The notes beneath the pieces are model-generated. The model ran no database searches. It had not been told where the DNA came from and saw only the letters and a program-made list of their open reading frames with translations. A program made the translations under genes and the position numbers. A stretch of DNA of 27,894 nucleotides from a virus (taxonomy: Duplodnaviria; Caudoviricetes), in the IMG/VR virus record IMGVR_UViG_3300002098_000124, positions 1-27,894 of that record. The stretch is one strand, 5' to 3'. This document shows, piece by piece, positions 1 through 9,725 of this stretch; the first letter of the stretch is position 1; every line of letters begins with the position of its first letter.

Positions 1-6
1 GTTGCT

Positions 7-1275
7 ATGCAATCTGAATATGAAGCTAGAACTAACCCTGTAACAGGAGAACCTATGGCTCATTTTGATAGGGGCGGAATTGCTGCATTGCGGTATGACG
101 ATGGTGGTGACGTTCAACAACAAGCGCCCGCTTATACTAATGACGACAAGGGAAACCTAGTAGATACAAGTGGAAAAATTGTAGCTACCGTAGAAGCTCG
201 TAATGACCCATATATACAGTCTGTTGCAAGTGACCCTACAGAAGCGCAGTCTTTATTTGACCTAAAAACTAAAGATCCAAAACAATTTTATAGTCAAGTT
301 GCTGATAAATTAGGCAGTTCTATTATTGGAAAATATCAGACAAACGATAATTACGATAATGAATATAACCAGCTTCAAAGTATTAAAAACATAGACCCAG
401 CAGCTTATTATAGAAATCAACTAGGATTTAAAGCCCATTCAATGGGTTGGCAGGTTGGACAAAATACTGGTGATAGAAACGCCCCAACCCAACAAGAAAT
501 TCAAGGCATGATTCCTGAAGCACAAAAAGCTGGTCTTTCCTCAGACCAAATTAACTCTATTGTTAATACTAACTTTGGGCAAGCCCGCAATAAAAATGTG
601 CAACGTATAGCTACTTTAGCTGAAACTGGCGGATCTGGATTTAGCTTTCAAAAAGATTTACAGCCTATTCTTCAAAACGTAGGCATAGCTGCTTTAACCG
701 CTGGCGCTGCTGGTGCACTTGCTCCTGCTGCTGGTATTGGTGCGGGGGCTGCTGAAGCTGGTGCTGCTGGTGCGGAAGCTGCTGGTGCTGGAAGTACTGT
801 TGCAGACGCTGGCTTAAATCTTAATAACCTTAAACAAGCTTATCAACTTTATGGTTTAGGTAAAAATGTACTTGGAGCAGTAAACAGTGGTGGAGCTAAT
901 ATAGGCGCAGATATTGGCGCTGCTAGAGGAATTTATAATTTAGGTAGTACTTTAACGGCTGCCCAAGGTGGCTTAATGAATGGTAGTGGAATAGCTAGCT
1001 TAGGTTCTTATTCCGATGGTGGGCAGTTATTAAAAGGTCCCGGCGATGGTATGAGTGATAATATTCCAGCTACAATAGGTAGTAAACAACCCGCCAGACT
1101 TGCCGATGGAGAATTTGTAATACCAGCCGATGTAGTAAGTCATTTAGGTAATGGCTCTACTGATGCTGGAGCCAAGCATTTATACAAAATGATGGATGAG
1201 ATTCGCAAAGCTAGGACAGGCAACCCCAAACAGGGCAAACAAATTAACGCAAGTAAATTTTTACCAAGGAATTAA
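7..1275 (+). CDS. Putative internal virion/ejection protein, probably 5'-truncated by the window edge
   Basis: 422-aa ORF with the frame open to position 1. Gly/Ala-rich. C-terminal GPGDGMSDNIPA...RLADGEFVIPADVVSHLGNGS block typical of phage virion proteins. Several xxGG-hydrophobic motifs. Confidence 0.65.
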   Translation: MQSEYEARTNPVTGEPMAHFDRGGIAALRYDDGGDVQQQAPAYTNDDKGNLVDTSGKIVATVEARNDPYIQSVASDPTEAQSLFDLKTKDPKQFYSQVADKLGSSIIGKYQTNDNYDNEYNQLQSIKNIDPAAYYRNQLGFKAHSMGWQVGQNTGDRNAPTQQEIQGMIPEAQKAGLSSDQINSIVNTNFGQARNKNVQRIATLAETGGSGFSFQKDLQPILQNVGIAALTAGAAGALAPAAGIGAGAAEAGAAGAEAAGAGSTVADAGLNLNNLKQAYQLYGLGKNVLGAVNSGGANIGADIGAARGIYNLGSTLTAAQGGLMNGSGIASLGSYSDGGQLLKGPGDGMSDNIPATIGSKQPARLADGEFVIPADVVSHLGNGSTDAGAKHLYKMMDEIRKARTGNPKQGKQINASKFLPRN

Positions 1276-1278
1276 ATT

Positions 1279-2427
1279 ATGGCAAATATCTTTGCTCCCC
1301 AACCGCTACCTAGTAGCCCGACCTCACAGCAAACTACTACAGGTAGTATTAATACTTGGGCGCAACCATACGTAAATAATTTATTAACTAAAGCGCAAGG
1401 CTTGTCGGCTGACCCCACTGCTCTTCAACAACAGTCATACCAAAGTGCGGCAGGTATGCAAGTTGCTCCGCAGTTGGGTGAAGCTACAGGTATGGCTACA
1501 GGTGCCGCTCAAGGCGCAATGGGTACTGCTGGCACCGCATTAGGATACGGGCAACAGGCTAGTCAAGCGGGTCAAAACTACGCAAATATGGCTACAGACC
1601 CAAGCTCTATTCAAGCCTACATGAGTCCTTATGTCCAACAAGCCTTAGCTCCTCAGCTTCAAATGCTTAACCAACAACAGGCTATAGCAGGACAAGGAAT
1701 TAATGCTCAGGCAACGGGTCAAGGTGCTTTTGGTGGCAATCGTGCTACGTTGGCTCAGGGTTTAAATGCTCAAAACTATGATTTAGCTCGCCAACAAGCC
1801 ATTGGTCAAGGTTATCAAAATGCGTTTAATGCAGCTCAACAAGCACAACAGTTTGGATCTACCCTAGGACTTCAAGGTTTACAGACTGGATTACAAGGTG
1901 TACAAGGCGCACAGAATGCTTATGGTATGGGATTACAGGGCGCCAGCACTCTTGGTCAATTAGGTCAAAACCAGTACAACCAACAAATGGGTATTACTGG
2001 ATTGCAGAATCAACTTGGTACACAACAGTACTTAATGCCACAACAACTATTACAAACCCAACAAAGTATGTTGCAAGGTCTTCCAGTTGGCGCTCAAACT
2101 ACACAAGGCTATCAGTCTGCACCTAATTTGGCTTCTCAATATGGTGGTTTAGGTACGGCTGCTATTGGAGGAATTGGGGCATTATTTGGTGGTGGTGCAA
2201 ATAGCGCTATAAGTAGTATTAGATCAATGTTCCCGGGAAGTAGCAATAATAATAGTGGAGCAGATAATAATAGTAGCGCACCTACTGGACCTGCATATGA
2301 TGGTCAAGCTAACGTAGATTCGGGTTATCAAGCGCCAAACGTTGAAGAATCTAAAGGCGGAATTATTAGAAGTTATGCTAAAGGCGGACTTGTTAGTCTT
2401 GCTTTAGAACAAGCATTGAAAGGTTAA
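1279..2427 (+). CDS. Putative DNA-transfer (pilot/ejection) protein, Gln/Gly/Ala-rich
   Basis: 382 aa with a GAFGGNRA motif and Q/G/A low complexity like podoviral ejected proteins. Starts 3 nt after the previous stop. Confidence 0.6.
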   Translation: MANIFAPQPLPSSPTSQQTTTGSINTWAQPYVNNLLTKAQGLSADPTALQQQSYQSAAGMQVAPQLGEATGMATGAAQGAMGTAGTALGYGQQASQAGQNYANMATDPSSIQAYMSPYVQQALAPQLQMLNQQQAIAGQGINAQATGQGAFGGNRATLAQGLNAQNYDLARQQAIGQGYQNAFNAAQQAQQFGSTLGLQGLQTGLQGVQGAQNAYGMGLQGASTLGQLGQNQYNQQMGITGLQNQLGTQQYLMPQQLLQTQQSMLQGLPVGAQTTQGYQSAPNLASQYGGLGTAAIGGIGALFGGGANSAISSIRSMFPGSSNNNSGADNNSSAPTGPAYDGQANVDSGYQAPNVEESKGGIIRSYAKGGLVSLALEQALKG

Positions 2428-2429
2428 TT

Positions 2430-4007
2430 ATGGTCGGCGATTACTTTAGCAAAATGGCTGCAGCACAAAAAGAAAGCCCAGCCCAACAAACTCAATCTGT
2501 GCAAAACGGAATACTAACCCCAACTATGGCTACAGATGCGGCTCAAAGCCAACCAAAACTTGCTCCGCAACAAGGACAAGCACAGTTACCTGTAGCACAA
2601 CAAATTATGCAAGAGGCAAGTCAAGCTGCTACTTTAGATCCTAAAGCTATACAACAACAGATTGCACAATTAAAAAATGAAATACCTCAAATTCAAGAGC
2701 AAATACAAACGGATAAATTAAAACCGTATGAAGGTATTCCATTATTAAAAGAAAAAGTTGCTACACTAAAAAAGTTAGAAGCTCAATTAGAAGCTCAAAT
2801 GCAACCACCTATGGGTATAAATGCATTACCAACTGCGCAGGGTGGAGTTGCTTCGCTACCTAGTGGAATGAACGAAGAAAGCTTTGCTGGTGGAGGCATT
2901 GTTGCTTTTAGTGGAAAAAATTCCGACGGTTCTCAAGGTAATAGTCTTATTGATATGGACTATATTAATAATTTTGGAAAAGATAATAAACCTGTTGATC
3001 GTAATATGTTAGATAGTATTTTAGATTATTATAAAAGTCCAAGTTCTTGGGAAGGCGTAAAACGTAATGTATCTAATACATTAAACGCATTGGGTCCAAT
3101 TTCTGGCACGGTTTCAACTTTTGGTAAGGGACTTATAGGACGAGGATTAAATTATTTAAGTGATGTTCCAGGAGCATATGATATTGCTACGTTTAAAGGT
3201 CCTAGCACTTCCGCACAACCCGCTATTCCTACGCCTGTTCCAGCTCCTGCGGTAACTCCTGCTCCTGTAGTTAGTAAACCAGCGAGTCCTACATATGCAA
3301 CAGGTCCTACTCCAGAAGCTCAACCACAAGCTCAACCACAAGCTCAACCACAAGCTCAACCACAAAACGAGTTAAATACTCAATTTGATGCAGCTCAAAA
3401 AATTCTAGCAGAAAGTAAAGCTTCAGCTGCAGAAGATGCGCAAAGAGATAAATGGTTACGTATTATGGAAGCTGGCTTTGGTGTATTAGGTGGTAGTTCT
3501 CCTTACTTTGGGGTTAATGTTGGGCAAGGTGTTGTTCCAGCTATTAAAGGATACGCCACTGATGTAGCTGCACAACGTAAAGGCCAGGCTGAATATATTA
3601 AAGAAGCTCTTAGCCTTGGTATGAAAAAAGCTGAATTGGCGCAATCACTTGGACTTAAAACTCGTGAGCTTGACCAACAACTTAAAAAACTTGGCATTGA
3701 AGAAGAACTAGCTAAACATCAAGGCCCTTACTATGATGCCTTGGCTAAAGCTGCGGCAACACGTGCTGCTAGTGCGGGGGCTGGTGCTGGAACTCGTTTA
3801 ACTATTGCACAAATGAACAATGCAAAGGGTATATTTACAACATTGCAAAAAAGCGCTACTGACATGTCAAGCCCAAATTATGGTAAATCTACTGAAGAAT
3901 TATGGACGCAAGCACAATCAATGGCTGGTTTAGATGGTGACGGTCCCGCAGCTCCTAGTGCTGTTGGTACTTGGACTCCACAAAGCGGTTACAAACCTAT
4001 TAAATAA
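2430..4007 (+). CDS. Putative internal virion protein
   Basis: 525 aa with coiled-coil segments, a Pro/Ala linker and a FAGGGIVAF motif. Lies between two other internal virion candidates. GAAAGG upstream of ATG. Confidence 0.55.
   Translation: MVGDYFSKMAAAQKESPAQQTQSVQNGILTPTMATDAAQSQPKLAPQQGQAQLPVAQQIMQEASQAATLDPKAIQQQIAQLKNEIPQIQEQIQTDKLKPYEGIPLLKEKVATLKKLEAQLEAQMQPPMGINALPTAQGGVASLPSGMNEESFAGGGIVAFSGKNSDGSQGNSLIDMDYINNFGKDNKPVDRNMLDSILDYYKSPSSWEGVKRNVSNTLNALGPISGTVSTFGKGLIGRGLNYLSDVPGAYDIATFKGPSTSAQPAIPTPVPAPAVTPAPVVSKPASPTYATGPTPEAQPQAQPQAQPQAQPQNELNTQFDAAQKILAESKASAAEDAQRDKWLRIMEAGFGVLGGSSPYFGVNVGQGVVPAIKGYATDVAAQRKGQAEYIKEALSLGMKKAELAQSLGLKTRELDQQLKKLGIEEELAKHQGPYYDALAKAAATRAASAGAGAGTRLTIAQMNNAKGIFTTLQKSATDMSSPNYGKSTEELWTQAQSMAGLDGDGPAAPSAVGTWTPQSGYKPIK
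3316..3365 (+). repeat. Perfect 12-bp tandem repeat (AAGCTCAACCAC x4) encoding (AQPQ)4
   Basis: Four exact copies at 3316-3363 plus AA, read directly. In frame. Confidence 0.95.
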
Positions 4008-4015
4008 AGGTAGTT

Positions 4016-7000
4016 ATGCCATTAGTTAATGTTGAAGGCGTAGGTCTAATTGACTTTCCTGAAGGTATGTCTGGCGATCAAATTGATGCTGCCGTTAAAA
4101 AAGATATTCTTCCACAACATCCAGATATTGCCGCTAAAACAAAACGTGGTTGGGGTGAGGCGGCTACTGATATTGGTGCTAGTCTTATTAAAGGCGTTGG
4201 GTCATTAGCGCAGTTACCCGGACAAGTAGGGCAATTAGCAGGTATTGTAGAACCTAGTGAAGTTAATACTGGTTGGCAAGGATTAGGTAAACAACTAGAA
4301 CAGTTTGGAGAAGCAGCTAAGTCTCCAACATTAATAGGTAAAGAAGCAGTACGAGCACAAAAAATATCGCAAGCAGAAGGTATTTTACCAGAAGCATGGG
4401 CGGCGTTTAAAGGAACTGTATCTGATCCTGCCTTGTTAACTTCTTTCTTTACAGAACAATTACCAAACTTAGCAGGTTCTTGGGGTGGCGGTTTATTAGC
4501 TCGTGGCGCTACTAAAGCTTTAATGGCTTCTGCTACTGAACAAGCGTTGGGTAAAGCTGGTATACGGGGTGCAGTTGGTACGGGTGCTGTAATGCAAGGT
4601 GCTGATATTGGTTCAGATACCTATGAAGCTATTTACCCGCAGCTTAAAAAACAAGGTATGAGCGACGAACAAGCTAATGGTATTGCTTTGTCTAAGGCTA
4701 GAGTTGCCGCTTTAGAAGCCGCCAGTATAAGTATTGGCGCTGCATTTTTACCCGGTGGTACTACTATTGAACGTGCATTAGTGGGTAAAGGTTTACCAAC
4801 TACGGGTGGTATTGTTAAAGGTGCATTGGGAGAAGCTTTCAGCGAAGGTGTAGAAGAAGGTGGTGGTAAGTTTGCATCTAATGTGGGTATTGCCGAAGCG
4901 CTTCCCGGTACAAGTTTAACTAAAGGTATTGGTGCCGCAGCTGGATTGGGTGCACTAGGTGGTGCGTTATTTGGTGGTCCTGCGGGCGCTATCAACACTA
5001 ATACATATCAAGAAGCCGCTACAAAAGCTAAAGAAACAAATGAACCACAGCAAGTAACTTTACGGCTTCCATACGACCCTAATGTTAAAACTCCGGGTAC
5101 TTATGGTACAACGACCATGATTGTGTACCCAGATGGTACTACGGCTTTTCCAAGTGAAGCTGGTGCTATAGCTACGTCTCAATTATCTGAGCAAGGGTTA
5201 AAAGAAGCTTTTGCTCCACAACCTATAGTGCGTCCAGAAACAAAAATTACCGAAGATGATATTAAAGGTATGAATATTGGGCATACTAACAAGACTATAC
5301 GTCAAGCTATTTTAGGTAAAGATTTAACTGATCCAGCACAAGCACTTGAAGTTAAAACTGTTTTAGAAGATTATTTACAACAAGGGCGTAGCCCACGTAT
5401 TACTAATGCAGTAACAGATTTTTTAGCACGCCCTGAATTTCAACCACCCCCTGCCCCAGTTAAAGAACCAAGAATACGAGCTAAAAAGAAAAAAGCTGAA
5501 GTTGGTGTACCATCTACAAAAGAACAAGCCGTTTATCAACAGGAACTACAAACTGAGTTAGCTGGACAATTAGCACCGGAGACACAAAATGTTGCAGAGC
5601 CTATTGAACCTATCAGAGGACCAAGTGAGCCAAGCGTTCGAGTGCCTAGCAAGCGATCTACCAGCGCCCCCGGAATTGAGCAGCCTCAACGACGAGGAGT
5701 GGTTCCTATTGTCAATACTATTGGACAACCTATTAGCGGAGAAACAGGGGTCCAACGTACATTAGGAGCGCAGCCATTAACGATAGAAGAAAAAGCGGCA
5801 CAAGTAATTGCCCAGAGACAAGCGCCTAAAGGTGCGTATAACCCAGATATTCAAGAGCCTTCTGTAAGTTTAAATACTCGCCAAACTAATGAATATAAAA
5901 ATGCTATTGGTAACTATTTAGAAAAAGCCAACTACTTAGGGGCTAAAGCACTTGACTACCTTGCGGGTGACATGCATGTAGGAGACAACCTTAAAGATGC
6001 TAAACGTGCCTATCGTGGACTATCAGAAGATCAAAAGGCTTACGTAGATAAGCAAATAAAAGAAATAGAAAAAATTACTCGGCAAGGTACAAAGGCTTTA
6101 GAAAGACATAATAAACGGCAAGAACTTCAACGTGCTATTCAACAACAAGTAGAAGAAGGTCCGTTATCTCGTCGTGAAGTTACTAGAATTCCTACTGGTG
6201 CAAAAACAGATGTATTAGTTGAGGCTGTGCGTAGCGGAAATTTAAATGCAGCATTAAATGCAATTGCAAAAGATACGTCTGATACTTTTAACATCTTAGA
6301 AAAACTGGTTTCAAATCGTTTGTTAGCAAACAAAGGTAGTCTACCTAAAATTGAAATTGTTCCTGCTGGTACTATAAAAGAAGGGGCAGCGCAATATAAT
6401 CCGTTTACCGATACCGTTCAAATTAACGAAGGTGAAGTTGATTCGCATACTGTACTACATGAAACAGTGCATGGTTTTTTACATTCTTTAATTCAAAAGT
6501 TTGAAAGAGAAGGCGCTAAAAATAAAGGTATTGCAGACCTTAAAGCTTTATATGATTTTGTTAAGGAAAAACATCCTGAATTAGCTGATCGCTATGGTAT
6601 GGAAAACCTTACAGAGTTTGCTTCAGAACTTATGTCAAACCGGGATTTCCAAGAAGACCTTGCACAAATTCCATATCGTATAGAACATCAAAGTTTATTT
6701 ACTGCTTTTATTCGTGCAGTATTAAATGCATTAGGGTTATCACCTACTCAAAAACTTAGCGCTTTAGCTAGGGGAATGATGGCGGCTGACCAGTCTTTAG
6801 CTATGGGGCGTGCGGTTCAAGAACGTATAGTTACAGGGCAAGAAACATATCCCGTCGCTAAAGTAAATAGAGACTTAGAAACTTTGTATCAAGCTACTGG
6901 AGCAAAACCTAACGTACCTTCTCCCGGTCCATTCCAATCTATTAAAAACAACATAGGTAGCAAGGATGCCGCTAAAACTGGAATAAGTCGTTTATTTAAT

Positions 7001-9457
7001 ACTGCAGAAACTATGTTTTTTTCATCGGATGCGGCTTTAAACAATGCTATTCGTAAAGGTTTAGAAGCTGGTGGAAACTCTTGGGGCACTATTAAAAATA
7101 TGATGTATGAAATTAGTACATCTCAAGCTACGCATGCAGAGGCTGTAGCAATGCAGTTCCTACAACAAGGGCGAGTTGAATATAAACCAGATTTGCATAA
7201 ATGGGAAGCTGTAAAAGTTAACGATAGCTGGTCTAATTTAATTCAAAAAGGGTTAACAGGTATTGCTAACAAGTATGGTATTACTTTAGAACAAGCTAAT
7301 AAATATGCTAATCAAGCTTTTGTAGCAAATCGTTTAGAAGGTTTGTCTAAAGCTGACCGGGACATATATAGCCACATGACGCCTGAGCAAATTAAAGCTG
7401 GGCTACAGTTTTTTACAGCAATACCTGAATTAAAAGCACTACAAGAAAGTTGGAATAAAGTTCGGCAGAACGCAATGGATGCGGCAGTTGAAGGGGGCTT
7501 ATACAATAAAGAGCAAGCTAAAGAGTTATTAGATATTATGGATTACGTGCCGTTCTATCGTATTGAGCAACTTGCGCAACGGGCTGGTCCTAAAGAGTAT
7601 GGTCGTGGGTTAATTGACTTTGCTAAGAATTATAAGATTAAAGGTAGTGAGCAGGAAGTTGCTGACATATTTGACAACATGGAGCGTTGGGTTAGCTATA
7701 CTGTATCCCGTGCAGTTAAAAATCGTTCCGCAGTTAGCTTATATGAAACAGCTAAAAAACTTTTCCCTGATGAAGTAACTGATCTGCGTCAAGACGAAAG
7801 AACTAAAAAAGAACAAAACACTATTGATTTATGGGTAGATGGTAACCGCCGTAAGGTAGAGTTTAAAGACCCATTATTTGTACATGCTTTCCAAGGCATT
7901 GAGTCTGCGGCTATTCCGCATTTTGGGGCGGCGGCTTCTGTAGCTAACTTTTTACGTAAGAACATTGTGCTTATGCCTTTGTTTTCTATTAGCCAGCTTT
8001 CGCAAGATTCTTTTGGTGCAATGCTTACTTCAGGTTTAAAACACCCTTGGGCATTACCCGTAGAAGTAGCTAAAGAGTTTGTTAAAACGCTACGTGGAAA
8101 GAGTGCAACGGCTGAAGAACTAGCTAAGTTTGGTGCTGTTGGAGTACGAGATTATTCCGCTACGTTTGTAAGAGATACTGCTGAAGTTCTTGCTGGCTTG
8201 CGTTCTGAAAATACAGGCAGTCGTTTTAAACGTGCTTTAGAAAACTTTGCAATGGCTTCTGATAATGCAGTACGTCAGGCTATCTACAACATGACCATGC
8301 AAGAAACAGGTGGGGATAAAGCGGCGGCTATTGAAAAAGCGTTTGAGATTATTAACTTTAAACGTTCAGGAGCAAGCGCTAATATCCAAATGTTACGTCA
8401 AGTAGTACCGTTCTTTGGCGCATATTTACAAGCACAAAATGTTATTTATAAGACTTTAACCGGTAAGGGTATATCTCCAGTACAACGCAAAGAAGCCCAA
8501 CGGGTACTACTTAGCAATGCTTTAAAAATTAGTGCTTTAGCTTTCTTATATACCGCTATTGCTAGTGATGATGAAGATTACCAAAAGATGGACCCTACCA
8601 TTCGTGATCGCCATTTATTGATTCCCGGCACAAGCGTAATGCTTCCATTGCGTAGTGACTTAACTTTGTTACCTAAACTAATTGCTGAATATACGTATCT
8701 GGGCATGACAGATAATGGATTTACAGACGGTAAAAAAATTCGTAGAGCTATGGGTAATTCAATTAGTAATGCTATCTTAAGCCCAACTGTTGCGCCACAA
8801 ATGATTAAACCTATTTTAGAAGTTGCTACTAACCACGACTTTTTTACTGGTCGCCCTATTGTTGGTCAAGGCATTGCTAATAAAGTTACTGAAGAACAGT
8901 ACACAAATAGCACATCTGAGTTATCTAAATTTATTGGTAGTTCGGGAATTATTTCCCCAGTTAATTTAGATCATTTAATTAAAGGTTACATGGGTACTAC
9001 CGGTGGACTAGGATTAGCCTTTACCAATACCTTAGTAAATGGTACAAAAGAACAACCTAGACCTGAAAAAAGCTGGCAAGATGCCATTGCTAGTACCCCC
9101 GGACTTAGCGCTTTTGTAGCACGGGAATATGGTGGGGCAGACAAAAACGACTTTTATGAACTACGTGGGGAAGTTGATAAGGCTGTAACTACGTTTAATG
9201 CTATGAAAAAACAAGGTCGTATAGAAGAAGCTAAAGAGTTTTTGGTAGAAAATAAAAACTTAATTAAACTTAATAAACAAGTAGATAACCTTAATCGGCA
9301 ACTTACTAAACTACGGGATCGTGAAAAACAAATTTACGAGTTACCAGAATCTAGAATGACCGCTGAACAAAAAGGCGAAGAAATTAAACGTATTCGAGAA
9401 ATGGAAAAAGTTTATTTAAGCAACGTGCACAAGTTGCGCCAAATGGCTGGTTACTAA
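4016..9457 (+). CDS. Large polyvalent virion protein with zincin-like metallopeptidase motif and LPD38-like C-terminal domain
   Basis: 1813 aa. LHETVHG (HExxH, 6458-6472) with downstream LTEFASE. C-terminal PILEVATNHDFFTGRPIV resembles LPD38. AAAGGTAG RBS. Last gene of the + arm. Confidence 0.75.
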   Translation: MPLVNVEGVGLIDFPEGMSGDQIDAAVKKDILPQHPDIAAKTKRGWGEAATDIGASLIKGVGSLAQLPGQVGQLAGIVEPSEVNTGWQGLGKQLEQFGEAAKSPTLIGKEAVRAQKISQAEGILPEAWAAFKGTVSDPALLTSFFTEQLPNLAGSWGGGLLARGATKALMASATEQALGKAGIRGAVGTGAVMQGADIGSDTYEAIYPQLKKQGMSDEQANGIALSKARVAALEAASISIGAAFLPGGTTIERALVGKGLPTTGGIVKGALGEAFSEGVEEGGGKFASNVGIAEALPGTSLTKGIGAAAGLGALGGALFGGPAGAINTNTYQEAATKAKETNEPQQVTLRLPYDPNVKTPGTYGTTTMIVYPDGTTAFPSEAGAIATSQLSEQGLKEAFAPQPIVRPETKITEDDIKGMNIGHTNKTIRQAILGKDLTDPAQALEVKTVLEDYLQQGRSPRITNAVTDFLARPEFQPPPAPVKEPRIRAKKKKAEVGVPSTKEQAVYQQELQTELAGQLAPETQNVAEPIEPIRGPSEPSVRVPSKRSTSAPGIEQPQRRGVVPIVNTIGQPISGETGVQRTLGAQPLTIEEKAAQVIAQRQAPKGAYNPDIQEPSVSLNTRQTNEYKNAIGNYLEKANYLGAKALDYLAGDMHVGDNLKDAKRAYRGLSEDQKAYVDKQIKEIEKITRQGTKALERHNKRQELQRAIQQQVEEGPLSRREVTRIPTGAKTDVLVEAVRSGNLNAALNAIAKDTSDTFNILEKLVSNRLLANKGSLPKIEIVPAGTIKEGAAQYNPFTDTVQINEGEVDSHTVLHETVHGFLHSLIQKFEREGAKNKGIADLKALYDFVKEKHPELADRYGMENLTEFASELMSNRDFQEDLAQIPYRIEHQSLFTAFIRAVLNALGLSPTQKLSALARGMMAADQSLAMGRAVQERIVTGQETYPVAKVNRDLETLYQATGAKPNVPSPGPFQSIKNNIGSKDAAKTGISRLFNTAETMFFSSDAALNNAIRKGLEAGGNSWGTIKNMMYEISTSQATHAEAVAMQFLQQGRVEYKPDLHKWEAVKVNDSWSNLIQKGLTGIANKYGITLEQANKYANQAFVANRLEGLSKADRDIYSHMTPEQIKAGLQFFTAIPELKALQESWNKVRQNAMDAAVEGGLYNKEQAKELLDIMDYVPFYRIEQLAQRAGPKEYGRGLIDFAKNYKIKGSEQEVADIFDNMERWVSYTVSRAVKNRSAVSLYETAKKLFPDEVTDLRQDERTKKEQNTIDLWVDGNRRKVEFKDPLFVHAFQGIESAAIPHFGAAASVANFLRKNIVLMPLFSISQLSQDSFGAMLTSGLKHPWALPVEVAKEFVKTLRGKSATAEELAKFGAVGVRDYSATFVRDTAEVLAGLRSENTGSRFKRALENFAMASDNAVRQAIYNMTMQETGGDKAAAIEKAFEIINFKRSGASANIQMLRQVVPFFGAYLQAQNVIYKTLTGKGISPVQRKEAQRVLLSNALKISALAFLYTAIASDDEDYQKMDPTIRDRHLLIPGTSVMLPLRSDLTLLPKLIAEYTYLGMTDNGFTDGKKIRRAMGNSISNAILSPTVAPQMIKPILEVATNHDFFTGRPIVGQGIANKVTEEQYTNSTSELSKFIGSSGIISPVNLDHLIKGYMGTTGGLGLAFTNTLVNGTKEQPRPEKSWQDAIASTPGLSAFVAREYGGADKNDFYELRGEVDKAVTTFNAMKKQGRIEEAKEFLVENKNLIKLNKQVDNLNRQLTKLRDREKQIYELPESRMTAEQKGEEIKRIREMEKVYLSNVHKLRQMAGY

Positions 9458-9482
9458 AAAGAGACCCCGCCGAAGCGGGGTT
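9456..9482 (-). terminator. Intrinsic terminator at the convergence of the two arms
   Basis: Minus strand reads ACCCCGC-UUCG-GCGGGGU followed by CUCUUUUU. C(UUCG)G tetraloop. Confidence 0.9.
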
Positions 9483-9512
9483 AAATTCCTCAAGGGGATC
9501 GAGGAGAAGATT
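9456..9512 (-). ncRNA. Candidate ~57-nt small RNA with anti-Shine-Dalgarno 5' seed
   Basis: Bounded by a predicted promoter (9519-9548) and the terminator. Predicted RNA AAUCUUCUCCUCGAUCCCCUUGAGGAAUUUAACCCCGCUUCGGCGGGGUCUCUUUUU with no ORF. Expression is unproven. Confidence 0.4.
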
Positions 9513-9518
9513 GACCCA

Positions 9519-9548
9519 ACTATATCACTTAACTCGCCATAAACGCAA
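9519..9548 (-). promoter_or_regulatory. Putative sigma70 promoter with extended -10
   Basis: TTGCGT-18 nt-TATAGT, with TGn directly upstream of the -10. Only non-coding sequence and the terminator lie downstream. Confidence 0.5.
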
Positions 9549-9725
9549 GCCATATCTTCCATTTTCTATAACTCCCTTGCACACAACTATATAACCCAAC
9601 CGCGCGGCTTCCTGTGTAAGGGCTTTGCAGTGGGCTTTACGGTCTAAACAAGGAACAAATACAGATTGTCCCGGCTCAATCTTCTTCCAAGGGATTAACA
9701 CTGTCAGATTCAGTATCTTTAACAT
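9525..9725 (-). CDS. Small hypothetical protein
   Basis: 66-aa ATG ORF overlapping the primase-helicase 3' end on the same strand. Confidence 0.7.
   Translation of the reverse strand: MLKILNLTVLIPWKKIEPGQSVFVPCLDRKAHCKALTQEAARLGYIVVCKGVIENGRYGLRLWRVK

Noticed and set aside
3156-7506. Minus-strand ORFs within the virion genes (for example 3156-3365 WLSL repeat and 4633-4998)
   Set aside because: Fully antisense to long genes. The WLSL repeat is just the reverse of the AQPQ repeat.
9501-9594. Plus-strand GAGGAG followed by a TTG mini-ORF
   Set aside because: It lies beyond the terminator hairpin and antisense to a gene. It is better explained as the complement of the candidate sRNA seed.
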